Below are positions 1 to 8,219 of a stretch of 64,000 nt of DNA, one piece after another. The translations under genes were made by a program, and so were the position numbers. The stretch comes from Phycisphaerae bacterium (GTDB lineage: Bacteria; Planctomycetota; Phycisphaerae; Sedimentisphaerales; Anaerohalosphaeraceae). Numbering within the stretch: position 1 is the stretch's first letter; each line of letters opens with the position of its first letter. The stretch is from assembly GCA_016782835.1 (NCBI GenBank), contig JADHXS010000001.1:8313-72312 (forward strand), in the 5' to 3' direction. The notes beneath the pieces were generated by a model, which ran no database searches, was not told the DNA's origin, and saw only the letters and a program-made list of their open reading frames with translations.

Positions 1-371
1 TGAATCAATTCCTCCGGCGAAGTCTGCTGATAAGGTTCTAGCTCAAATGTCCAGGTGTATTCATCCACAATCTTTTTCGGCCAAAGCACTTCCGCGAAAA
101 AATCAAACGGAAACCTGTCATGCAAAGGCCGTTCCAATTCGCGATGGGTATTGAGAATTCCATAGCCGCTCTTTTCAATGCGGACATTGTAGTCCCCATA
201 CCAGTTGAAATTCACCGTTACGGGAGCCGTGCCGACTTCCTCATCATTGAGCCAGACGACCGCATCTTTCGGCTCGGTCACAATGGTCAAACGCCGTTCC
301 ACGCACCCGGCCGTCAGAAAAATCGCCAACAGGGCACCCGCCAAAAACCAGCTATAAATTTTCTGAGCCAT
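1..371 (-). CDS. PEGA-domain lipoprotein; C-terminal part lies outside the window
   Basis: Own minus-strand translation from ATG (371-369), open to position 1: MAQKIYSWFLAGALLAIFLTAGCVERRLTIVTEPKDAVVWLNDEEVGTAPVTV... Signal peptide with lipobox LTAGC and a PEGA-like strand pattern. Absent from the ORF track because there is no stop inside the window. Confidence 0.6.
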   Translation of the reverse strand, partial: MAQKIYSWFLAGALLAIFLTAGCVERRLTIVTEPKDAVVWLNDEEVGTAPVTVNFNWYGDYNVRIEKSGYGILNTHRELERPLHDRFPFDFFAEVLWPKKIVDEYTWTFELEPYQQTSPEELI

Positions 372-445
372 CCGTCTTTCTCCAAAAAGGACCTCTTTGG
401 GTTATAAGCGTATCAGCCCGGCAGGAAAAAATCAAATGCTTTTTA

Positions 446-461
446 TGGCTGGTTTTTTGCA
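446..461 (+). promoter_or_regulatory. candidate sigma-54 (-24/-12) promoter TGGCTGGTTTTTTGCA
   Basis: GG (447-448) and GC (459-460) are spaced as in TGGCACG-N4-TTGCW, with a TTGCA -12 element. It is intergenic, 1.4 kb from a bEBP gene. Confidence 0.4.
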
Positions 462-639
462 AAAAATACCGGCGCATGAAAAATCCCGACCGAAAACAGG
501 GTCGCTGCACTCGGCCGGGACTTTATGGTTGGGTAAACCACGACAATTTTCTTCTCATCATCATCTTCGCTCAAAACCGGCTCCGTTACACACATTTCCC
601 GAAAAACAGGTCCGATTTTAAGAAAAAATATCATTCGAA

Positions 640-819
640 CTTGCCTTGTCAGACAAGATTAAACACGTGTCGGGTTTTCAACCGGAGATCGGCAAAAAAC
701 CCGACTTGGAGGAGGAGGAAAGATATTGTGACTTGCCCTCTCGGACAAGAATATTCACGTGTCGGGTTTTCAACCGGAGATTGGCCAAAAACCCGACATT
801 GGAGGAGGAGGAAAGATAT
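640..819 (+). repeat. two tandem 87/88-nt units (640-726, 732-819; period 92)
   Basis: Direct alignment of the two units. Each has the hairpin GTCGGGTTTT...AAAACCCGAC followed by TTGGAGGAGGAGGAAAGATAT. Confidence 0.9.
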
Positions 820-933
820 CGGCTTCATCGTCCTTGAATCGTCAGAACGATGGAATGTCTCCAAAGAAGCCCGGCTTACGCCGGCGCTCCTTAGAATATC
901 GAAAAGGGAGGGAAAAACCTTATTTCCAATTAT

Positions 934-966
934 GTGAGAGATAGTTTGTTTTCTCTCCCTTTTTTT
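934..966 (+). terminator. intrinsic-terminator-like hairpin (GAGAGA/TCTCTC) followed by CCC+T7
   Basis: Stem 936-941/952-957 and T-run 960-966. The T-run is on the plus strand only and overlaps the stop codon of the convergent gene. Confidence 0.4.
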
Positions 967-1396
967 ACATTTCCTTCACTGCGTACAGCTCTTCAATCGC
1001 TTCGGAATCCTGAAGCCCCAGCACCGACGTAATCACGGCTCGAAAATGTTCTTCGCTGGAGTCTTCGGTAATCACCGCCGCAACACCTAAGCAGCGAGCT
1101 TCAATCTCCTGCTGTGGATTCTGTCCCTCAATGATAGCAATTGTAGGCATCTGGGGTTTAGCCGTTTTCAGTTTCTTGAGAAACTTTCCGTTCGGCATAT
1201 CCGCCAAATGCCAATGGCTGATAACGCTGTCAATCTGTTCAGTTTTAAAAGAGCTGATTGCCTGGTAACCGTTCTTCAGGTTAATCAGGCGAACCGGTAA
1301 TCCGTCAAGTGCTTTGACGCGACTTCCCGCACCTACGGACAAAATATTCATTTTTGCAATGATAACCATACGTTTCACCTGTGTCTCAAGTACCAT
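965..1396 (-). CDS. stand-alone receiver (CheY-like) domain protein with an atypical acidic pocket
   Basis: ORF track 965-1432. Preferred start is ATG 1396, preceded by GGAGGGGG. Receiver-like pattern: MNILSVGAG...HWHLADMPNG...TIAIIE. Confidence 0.55.
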   Translation of the reverse strand: MVLETQVKRMVIIAKMNILSVGAGSRVKALDGLPVRLINLKNGYQAISSFKTEQIDSVISHWHLADMPNGKFLKKLKTAKPQMPTIAIIEGQNPQQEIEARCLGVAAVITEDSSEEHFRAVITSVLGLQDSEAIEELYAVKEM

Positions 1397-1456
1397 TCTT
1401 TCCCCCTCCAGGGTAAGAGGCCTTGCCGGCACATTTGGCTTACATCAGAATACTAT

Positions 1457-1472
1457 TACAACCCGTGTGCCA
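1457..1472 (-). promoter_or_regulatory. candidate sigma-54 promoter TGGCACACGGGTTGTA (read on the minus strand)
   Basis: Perfect -24 TGGCAC; the -12 element is TTGT instead of TTGC. About 60 nt upstream of the receiver-gene ATG. Confidence 0.35.
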
Positions 1473-1642
1473 ACACTGGTTTTTTTAGCGAAATATCTCT
1501 ATCTCTTTTAAAAATAAACAGTTACAGATGCATGTCTCAAACAGTCGAGAATGAAAACAAAATGCTGCTTGTGCCATATTAGCCCATTTTCAGCACCCTG
1601 ATAAATCATAAACAGCCTGCACAGGAAACGTTACGCTCGCCT

Positions 1643-1676
1643 GTACCATAACAGCACAGCGTACCAAAATGGTACA
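1643..1676. promoter_or_regulatory. candidate enhancer (UAS): dyad GTACCA-N3-TGGTAC plus an extra TGTACCA half-site
   Basis: Palindrome at 1661-1675 and half-site at 1643-1649, about 190 bp upstream of the -24 element at 1472. Confidence 0.3.
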
Positions 1677-1849
1677 CGCAAAAAAACACCGCAAGCCCGA
1701 AGGGCGAAATGTTGTAGCCTCGCCCGTCAGGGCGTGGATAAAGGAGTGACTATTATTCTCTCTTCAAAGCCCGCGCAGCGGGCGAAAATAAATTTCTACG
1801 GGTTACCACCCATAGTATTGCGGCGGAAGAATAAAAAACGAAGAATTGT

Positions 1850-2980
1850 TTACTTGGGCACGGTAATATTGAGCTTTTCGATGAGGCGGTTCAGTTGTCT
1901 GCGGTCGATACCCAGAATCCTTGCGGCGACAACTTTTTTGCCGCCCGTTACCTTCAAGGCTTCTGCAATCAAACGCTGTTTGGCCACGTCGAGCGTAGGC
2001 AAAGGACTGTCCGCCGATTTACCGGCATAGGATGACACTAAAATCTCTGCCGGCAGCATCGCCGGTTCAATAATGTTGCTTTCGCTCAGGATGTGACAAC
2101 GTTCCATCGCATTGGCCATCTCGCGGACATTGCCCGGCCAGTAGTAACCCAGCAGTATCTGCTCGGTGCGAGCTGAAAGTTTTTTAACGGGCTCTTCGTA
2201 AAAGTTTGCCAGATTGGCTAAAAAATGATTCGCCAAAGGCAGAATATCTTCGGGTCGCTGCCGCAGGGGCGGTATCTCCAAGTTGACCACATTGACACGA
2301 TAATACAGATCCGCACGAAATTGGCCCTTGTCCACCATTTTCTTCAAGTCCCGGTTGGTGGCACAGAGGACCCGCACATCCACCGGATAAACGTCTGTCG
2401 AGCCCACCGGCGTAACAGAGCCTTCCTGCAGAACACGCAGCAGTTTGGCCTGGAGTTCAAGCGGAATTTCGCTGATTTCATCGAGGAATATCGTTCCCTC
2501 ATGGGCGGCACGGAAAAAACCGAGCGTATCATGAATCGCCCCGGTAAACGCGCCTCTGACATGCCCAAACAACTGGCTTTCAAACAGTTGACCCGTCAGT
2601 GTCGTACAATCAACCGGAACAAAGGGTTTACTGGATCGGCGGCTGTGTTGATGGATTTTTCGCGCCACCATTTCTTTTCCGGTTCCCGTTTCCCCCGTGA
2701 TGGTCACACAACAGCGACGGTGGGCGATGGATTGAATCATTTCGAGAAGCGATGTAAACGCATCGGAAGCGCCAATGAGTCGAGAATTGTCAACTGAACC
2801 GTTCTGTGTCACATTAACACACTCGGCGGTCTCTTTCGTTCTCTGCTCATTGTTTCTTTTTCTTGGCGCATTCCCTTGCAGTGGCTGTCGTCGATTGGCA
2901 CTGCTCATAGCCGTAGAACACCCCCATGTTAATGCATCGGGTGTACACACTCCTTGATAAGGTAAATCCTTTAACCCCAA
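1850..2980 (-). CDS. sigma-54-dependent transcriptional activator (bEBP) lacking an N-terminal sensory/receiver domain
   Basis: Walker A ITGETGTGKE, GAFTGA loop (FGHVRGAFTGA), C-terminal Fis-type HTH (VVAARILGIDRRQLNRLIEKL). The track start is TTG; ATG at 2908 is an alternative. Confidence 0.85.
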   Translation of the reverse strand: MGLKDLPYQGVCTPDALTWGCSTAMSSANRRQPLQGNAPRKRNNEQRTKETAECVNVTQNGSVDNSRLIGASDAFTSLLEMIQSIAHRRCCVTITGETGTGKEMVARKIHQHSRRSSKPFVPVDCTTLTGQLFESQLFGHVRGAFTGAIHDTLGFFRAAHEGTIFLDEISEIPLELQAKLLRVLQEGSVTPVGSTDVYPVDVRVLCATNRDLKKMVDKGQFRADLYYRVNVVNLEIPPLRQRPEDILPLANHFLANLANFYEEPVKKLSARTEQILLGYYWPGNVREMANAMERCHILSESNIIEPAMLPAEILVSSYAGKSADSPLPTLDVAKQRLIAEALKVTGGKKVVAARILGIDRRQLNRLIEKLNITVPK

Positions 2981-3281
2981 TTATAGTTGCGGTGAGAAGA
3001 AAAGAAGTGACTGACCTACTCTTTCCTCACACCTCCGTCCGTTCTATATTGTACGCGGTTACGCGGCCAAATGCAAGATAATTGTGTTAGTTTTTTGTTT
3101 TTGAGTCAGGAATTTTATATCCAACAAGAAGCGGATATAAAAGACCCCCTATAGTACACTATTGTAGAGAATTCCTTAAAATGATTGACAGAAAGCCGTT
3201 ATTGGATTAATCTGATATCCTTTTAAATGTCAATTTTGACAGGGCATGGGTCGAAATTTTAAAATTTGAAAGATAGAAACC

Positions 3282-5306
3282 ATGAAAATTTCACTGGATT
3301 GGTTGCGGGATTATGTGGATACAACCCTTTGTGCCGAAGAAATCGCCGATATTCTCAGCAATCTGGGCTTTCCCATTGAAAGCATCGAAGCTGTTGGGGA
3401 TGATACGATGCTCGATGTTGAGATTACCAGCAATCGAGGTGATTGCCTGGGGCATATCGGTATTGGGCGGGAACTGGCCGCGGCGGTTGGAAAAGAACTC
3501 AAACTGCCCAAAATCAATCTGACCGAATCGGACGAAGATACCGCCTCACTTATTAAAGTTGAAATTCATGAACCGGTCCTGTGTAATCGTTACACCGCAC
3601 GCGTCATCAAAAACGTCAAAATCGGCCCGTCGCCGGTATGGCTGGTCAAACGGCTGGAAACCATCGGCCAGCGCAGTGTTAACAATGTCGTCGATGTCAC
3701 CAACTATGTCATGATGGAAACCGGCCAGCCGTCACATGCCTTTGATTATGACAAAATCGGCGGACAAAAAATTATCGTCCGCAAGGCCGCCGGCGGCGAA
3801 CGGCTCATCAGCATCGACGAAACCAAATGCGACCTGAATGATTTGATGCTGGTCATTGCCGACGAAAGAATTCCCGTCGCGATGGCCGGGGTCATGGGTG
3901 GGCTGGAGTCGGAAGTCTCCGACCAAACAATCAACATCCTGCTGGAAGTGGCCCACTTTGAGCCGGTAACAATTCGCACGACCGCACGAAAGCTGGCGTT
4001 GCCATCGGAAGCATCTTTCCGTTTTGAACGGTACGTCGATACGGAAAACATCGAATGGGTTTCGGCCCGTATCGCGCAACTCATCGTCGAGACTGCCGGC
4101 GGCACCGTCACAAAAGGCATCGTCGATGCGTATCCCGAAAAGATAGAACGCGGCACGATCGCAATGCGACTGTCCCGGATGAATGCCCTGCTGGGAATCG
4201 ACATCGCAAAAGAAAAAGTGCTGGATATCTTTTCTTCGCTGGGCTTTGGGCCCGAATCGAAAAATGATGATTTAATCGTCTGCACACCGCCAAGCTGGCG
4301 GCACGACTTGTATCGGGAAGCTGACCTGATTGAAGAAGTCGCACGGTGCTACGGCTACGATAACATCCCGGTCGAACCGAAGATTCGTATCGAGGTAACA
4401 CCCCCGAACAAGCGTGAAAAAACCGCGCAAAAAGTTCGCACCTTTCTAACCGGCTGCGGCTTCTATGAATCCATCAATGTGACCTTCGTGGATAAGAAAA
4501 TCGCTGAACTTTTTTGCGACCAAACCGCCGAGCAGCATCTGTCCGTCTCGGATGTTTCGCAAAAAAACGCCAATATTCTCCGGCAAAATCTCATCGGTTC
4601 GCTGGCATCCGTCCTGCGGTCCAATTACAATGTCGGCAACAAACCATGTCATTTATTTGAACTGGCCGATACATTTATCCCGGATGAAAATCACGAACCG
4701 GGCAAACTCCCGGACGAACATGCGAAGCTGGCCCTTGTGGCCGATGTTGACTTTCGTATGATTCGCGGCACTATTGAAGGACTGGTCGCAACGCTCTGCC
4801 CGGAAGGGGTGCTCGAATTTACTCCCACCCAAAAGAAATGGGCACAGACCGCCGCCGATATCACGCTCGACGGAGAAATATTAGGGTATGCGGGTTTGCT
4901 GTCGGCAAACATCGCTAATCAGTTCGATATCGAAAAGCAGGAAGTTGCCGCAGCCGAGTTGAATTTTGACGTACTGCTCCAAAAAGCAGGCGGCATTCCA
5001 ACCGCCAAACCGATCCCACGCTTCCCGGCTATCGTGCGCGATTTATCGCTCATCGTTGACGAACCCGTGCAGTGGTCGCAGATTACCGCAACCGTCCAAA
5101 GCAAGGCCCCTGCCGAACTGGAACAAATCGATTTTACCGGCCTCTACCGCGGCAAGCCGATTCCCAATGGCAAAAAGTCCGTCACCGTCTCGCTGCGCTT
5201 CCGCGACGAAAACGGAACCCTCCGTCACGAAACAGTTGACGAATGGCAGCAAAATATCCTGAACGCCCTGACCGCCAACCTCGGCGCCGAACTAAGAACG
5301 GCATAA
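3282..5306 (+). CDS. pheT: phenylalanine--tRNA ligase beta subunit
   Basis: 674 aa. MKISLDWLRDYV start, B3/4 and B5 regions, C-terminal FDX-ACB-like RFRDENGTLRHE. Confidence 0.9.
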   Translation: MKISLDWLRDYVDTTLCAEEIADILSNLGFPIESIEAVGDDTMLDVEITSNRGDCLGHIGIGRELAAAVGKELKLPKINLTESDEDTASLIKVEIHEPVLCNRYTARVIKNVKIGPSPVWLVKRLETIGQRSVNNVVDVTNYVMMETGQPSHAFDYDKIGGQKIIVRKAAGGERLISIDETKCDLNDLMLVIADERIPVAMAGVMGGLESEVSDQTINILLEVAHFEPVTIRTTARKLALPSEASFRFERYVDTENIEWVSARIAQLIVETAGGTVTKGIVDAYPEKIERGTIAMRLSRMNALLGIDIAKEKVLDIFSSLGFGPESKNDDLIVCTPPSWRHDLYREADLIEEVARCYGYDNIPVEPKIRIEVTPPNKREKTAQKVRTFLTGCGFYESINVTFVDKKIAELFCDQTAEQHLSVSDVSQKNANILRQNLIGSLASVLRSNYNVGNKPCHLFELADTFIPDENHEPGKLPDEHAKLALVADVDFRMIRGTIEGLVATLCPEGVLEFTPTQKKWAQTAADITLDGEILGYAGLLSANIANQFDIEKQEVAAAELNFDVLLQKAGGIPTAKPIPRFPAIVRDLSLIVDEPVQWSQITATVQSKAPAELEQIDFTGLYRGKPIPNGKKSVTVSLRFRDENGTLRHETVDEWQQNILNALTANLGAELRTA

Positions 5307-5349
5307 ATAATATCGTTTTAAAATTGGTTGTTAAGAAGGAAGTTAAAGA

Positions 5350-6018
5350 ATGGCGAAAACTGTTGCAAGCAGAAAATCTCTATTCATAGCCATAGGTATC
5401 ACTTGTTTTATATCTGTGATTCTTAACAGTTCGGACATTTGGGCCCATATCTATGCTCTCTCTCCGAGAGGCAGTACAGTAATTCTAAACGGCATGTTCA
5501 TTATAATGATTCCATTGATGATTGCCCTTTTTCTTATAATACTAGGCTTATTGGGACTGCTCGTTAAATCCATCCGCACTTATATGGTTTTTCTAGTTCT
5601 ATGCAGTTTTATTTATTTTGTGGCGGGCATCGTCACGTTAAGAATATCAGGCTATATCACCCACTCGATCCGCAACACAGCCTTTCGTAAATTGGCCCAA
5701 AGGAGTCAATCCCTAATAAAAGCAGTTCGAGCATATGAGCAAGCATATGGTAACCCGCCAGATAGTTTACAGAAACTCGTGCCGGAGTTTATTTCCGAAG
5801 TACCAAATACCGGTATGGGAGGATATCCGGAATACCGTTATTTATCAGGGGAAAATGCAATGCAATGGACTGAGAATCCGTGGGTGATTTTCGTGGAAAC
5901 GCCCATCGGAATATTAAACTGGGACTTGTTTATGTACTTTCCCCTCCAAAACTATCCTGAGATAGGATACGGTGGCTATTTAGAAAAAATTGATGATTGG
6001 GCATATGTACATGAATAG
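5350..6018 (+). CDS. hypothetical polytopic membrane protein (AT-richer single gene)
   Basis: Several hydrophobic segments. Hand count gives 23/60 G+C at 5401-5460. Confidence 0.5.
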   Translation: MAKTVASRKSLFIAIGITCFISVILNSSDIWAHIYALSPRGSTVILNGMFIIMIPLMIALFLIILGLLGLLVKSIRTYMVFLVLCSFIYFVAGIVTLRISGYITHSIRNTAFRKLAQRSQSLIKAVRAYEQAYGNPPDSLQKLVPEFISEVPNTGMGGYPEYRYLSGENAMQWTENPWVIFVETPIGILNWDLFMYFPLQNYPEIGYGGYLEKIDDWAYVHE

Positions 6019-6080
6019 AATATTTTAGCATGTTTGCAGGCATATTTTATTTTTCAATTTCATGCTTCGAATTTTTGATT

Positions 6081-6695
6081 TTATCCTGCTGATCTGCGAA
6101 TAATCGTCTTTAATTTCTCAGGGGCAACGCGGCGGGGATCGGACAGGTAAATTTCGTGATGTTTGCCGGTAAAAGACAAGCCGTTTTCTTCGGCCAGTGC
6201 CTGCATTTTTTCAATCGCTTCACAGACCCGGTCATACGGGCCGACGTGCAATATCTGGACACACTGGCCTTCTTCGAGTTTTTCGAGCCGGACATCTTTG
6301 ACCTTTTCGCACTTGCCTTTATCTAATAGGGCTTTGACGGCCTTGTCCAAATCCTTTTGCTTGACACAGTCCGGCGTGCGAATCATCAGTGACCAGCACC
6401 ATTGTTCCTGCGGAATAGTCGCAAAATCGTCGCTGCCGTCTTCGGTGTACCACAGACCCTCCAGCTTGCACACGGTATAATCGCCTAAGCCCGCAAACTT
6501 ACGCGTCATCTTGATCGTAAACGCCATGCTGTACAACGCCCCGATACATTCTTCAAAAACGGGCCCGCCGGGAGCACCCTGTCCATCAATCATCAGATAC
6601 TGCGAAACCGTTGTCTTAATCAACGCCGGTTTGAATGTCGCCTTGTATTCGGCTTTATGTTCCTTGAACAAATCAATCTTGTCTGTTTTTGCCAT
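6081..6695 (-). CDS. GyrI-like small-molecule-binding domain protein
   Basis: 204 aa. The pattern YLMIDGQGAPGG...ALYSMAFTIK...HEIYLSDPRR is typical of the GyrI-like fold. Confidence 0.7.
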   Translation of the reverse strand: MAKTDKIDLFKEHKAEYKATFKPALIKTTVSQYLMIDGQGAPGGPVFEECIGALYSMAFTIKMTRKFAGLGDYTVCKLEGLWYTEDGSDDFATIPQEQWCWSLMIRTPDCVKQKDLDKAVKALLDKGKCEKVKDVRLEKLEEGQCVQILHVGPYDRVCEAIEKMQALAEENGLSFTGKHHEIYLSDPRRVAPEKLKTIIRRSAG

Positions 6696-6849
6696 AATGC
6701 AATCCTCCTGTAAAACATCAAAAAATTACAGCGTTAATCGGGCGACTCACGTCGCCGCGCTTTTAAAAGAGAAAGTACTCCGAAGGGGCAAGGGGATATA
6801 AAACAGCCTTTCCATATTTTTACTTTTTAATGTTTGATATTTTATTTAA

Positions 6850-7044
6850 TTACAGCCCCCACGCTTTGGCGAATGCCGCGAAGCTGCGGTCGTAGGTGCG
6901 TTCGACAGCATCGGGAAAACAGCAGCCGGGCAGTTGTTTCATTTTTAAATGATATTGCAGACATTCACAGCAGACACCCTTCTTTGAACAGCCCGGATAA
7001 CTGCAATTACAAAAACTCATGTTCCTATCTTTTTTACATTCCAT
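6850..7044 (-). CDS. small cysteine-rich protein (DUF6485-like)
   Basis: MECKKDRNMSFCNCSYPGCSKKGVCCECLQYH... The internal ATG was chosen over the track start at 7059. Confidence 0.5.
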   Translation of the reverse strand: MECKKDRNMSFCNCSYPGCSKKGVCCECLQYHLKMKQLPGCCFPDAVERTYDRSFAAFAKAWGL

Positions 7045-7171
7045 AAAAACCCCAATCAAAAATTAAATAGTAAAGATTAAATAGCAAAATTAAGGAATCC
7101 GCCTTTGGCGGATAACTTTTTTCACATTTTGATTTGTCATTTTTCTTTTTGATTTTTACTTTTTAATATTC

Positions 7172-8149
7172 TTATCCGAAGTGCAGTTCGATGATTTCCT
7201 TATCGCTGAGTATATGTTCCCGCGGCACATTCTGCCCGTCGTGAATCTTCGGCGAGTTCCACGCGCGGGCGGTCTTGAGCTTGTCGGCCAATTCCCGATG
7301 GATATGATACGCCAGGTCATGCACATTGCTGCCGCACTTGAGCGTGAACGGCTCTTTCATGTCCGCTTCCTCATGCGGCTTCTTCGCATACACCCGTACC
7401 ACATCCAGCATCTGGAAAATGCGCTGCATCAACACAGCCTGCCCGGCTTTTGTTTCGCTGGAAATTTCAATATACTCAAACGGCCGCTCGGTCAACTCCT
7501 TCAGCGTTTCCAGCGTCCCTGCCGAAGTGATATCGGCCTTGGTCGCGATGACAAATGTCTTTCGCCCCAGATGAGCATCGCCCCCTTCTTCCAAAATCAG
7601 CTTATGCGAATCCAGGTATGCCGTACACACCTCCATCTGCTCCAGCACCGCACCCGCCAAATCAATCACAATCGCCAGCAAATCCGCAGCACGATAGGTA
7701 TTGACCAACCCTGGCGGGGCAAAATCCGCCGTAATCGGCGGCGCATCGACCAACTGAATCGGCACATCCTCATACAGCGCCATGCCGGGAACCGGTTTGT
7801 CGGTGGCAAACGGGTAATCGGCGACATGAACCGGCGCATGTGTCAGCGCTGCTAAAATCGCACTCTTGCCACAGTTGGGCATTCCCACCAATGCCACCTG
7901 CCCGGCCCCGCTTTTGGGAACATGGAACACATCGACATGTTTGGTACCGCCCTTTTGGCCGCCGGACTCCATCGCGGCTTTAAGCCTGCTGACGCGCTTT
8001 TTGAGGTCTCCCTGTAAATGTTCAGTTCCCTTATGCTTGGGGATTTCGCGCAGCATCTCTTCCAGCGCCGCCAGTTTGTCCTCGTCCGTGCTGGCAACCT
8101 TGTATCGCTCTTCGGCCTTCTTATACTGCTGTGTTAAATTCGCCGGCAT
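7172..8149 (-). CDS. DRG/Obg-type GTP-binding protein with C-terminal TGS domain
   Basis: KHKGTEHLQGDLKKRVSRLK helix, P-loop GMPNCGKS, and the TGS-like segment VVRVYAKKPHEE...LKCGSNVHDLA. Confidence 0.8.
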   Translation of the reverse strand: MPANLTQQYKKAEERYKVASTDEDKLAALEEMLREIPKHKGTEHLQGDLKKRVSRLKAAMESGGQKGGTKHVDVFHVPKSGAGQVALVGMPNCGKSAILAALTHAPVHVADYPFATDKPVPGMALYEDVPIQLVDAPPITADFAPPGLVNTYRAADLLAIVIDLAGAVLEQMEVCTAYLDSHKLILEEGGDAHLGRKTFVIATKADITSAGTLETLKELTERPFEYIEISSETKAGQAVLMQRIFQMLDVVRVYAKKPHEEADMKEPFTLKCGSNVHDLAYHIHRELADKLKTARAWNSPKIHDGQNVPREHILSDKEIIELHFG

Positions 8150-8219
8150 AACCTTCGGTAAACTCCAAATTCCAAATACTAATTTCCAATGAAAATTATA
8201 ATTGTCAAAGACCGATAAT

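Larger units (their letters stand above)
472..966 (+). ncRNA. candidate sigma-54-driven non-coding transcript containing GGA-rich tandem repeats
   Basis: Promoter-like element at 446-461 and terminator-like hairpin plus T7 at 934-966. The only long plus-strand ORF (476-937) is an R/K-rich repeat-derived string. Confidence 0.3.

Noticed and set aside
640-819. The tandem repeats might be a CRISPR array.
   Set aside because: There are only two units, separated by 5 nt rather than by unique spacers. The units are about 88 nt long and internally structured. No cas genes are present.
476-937. 153-aa plus-strand ORF, together with the overlapping ORFs 646-837, 649-864 and 759-944.
   Set aside because: The translations are R/K-rich low-complexity strings that simply read through the two tandem repeat units in different frames. 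There is no SD and no domain-like pattern.
3282-5306. pheT has no adjacent pheS.
   Set aside because: Separated pheS/pheT genes occur in many genomes. The upstream 300 bp is an ordinary divergent promoter region, so this is not evidence of anything unusual.
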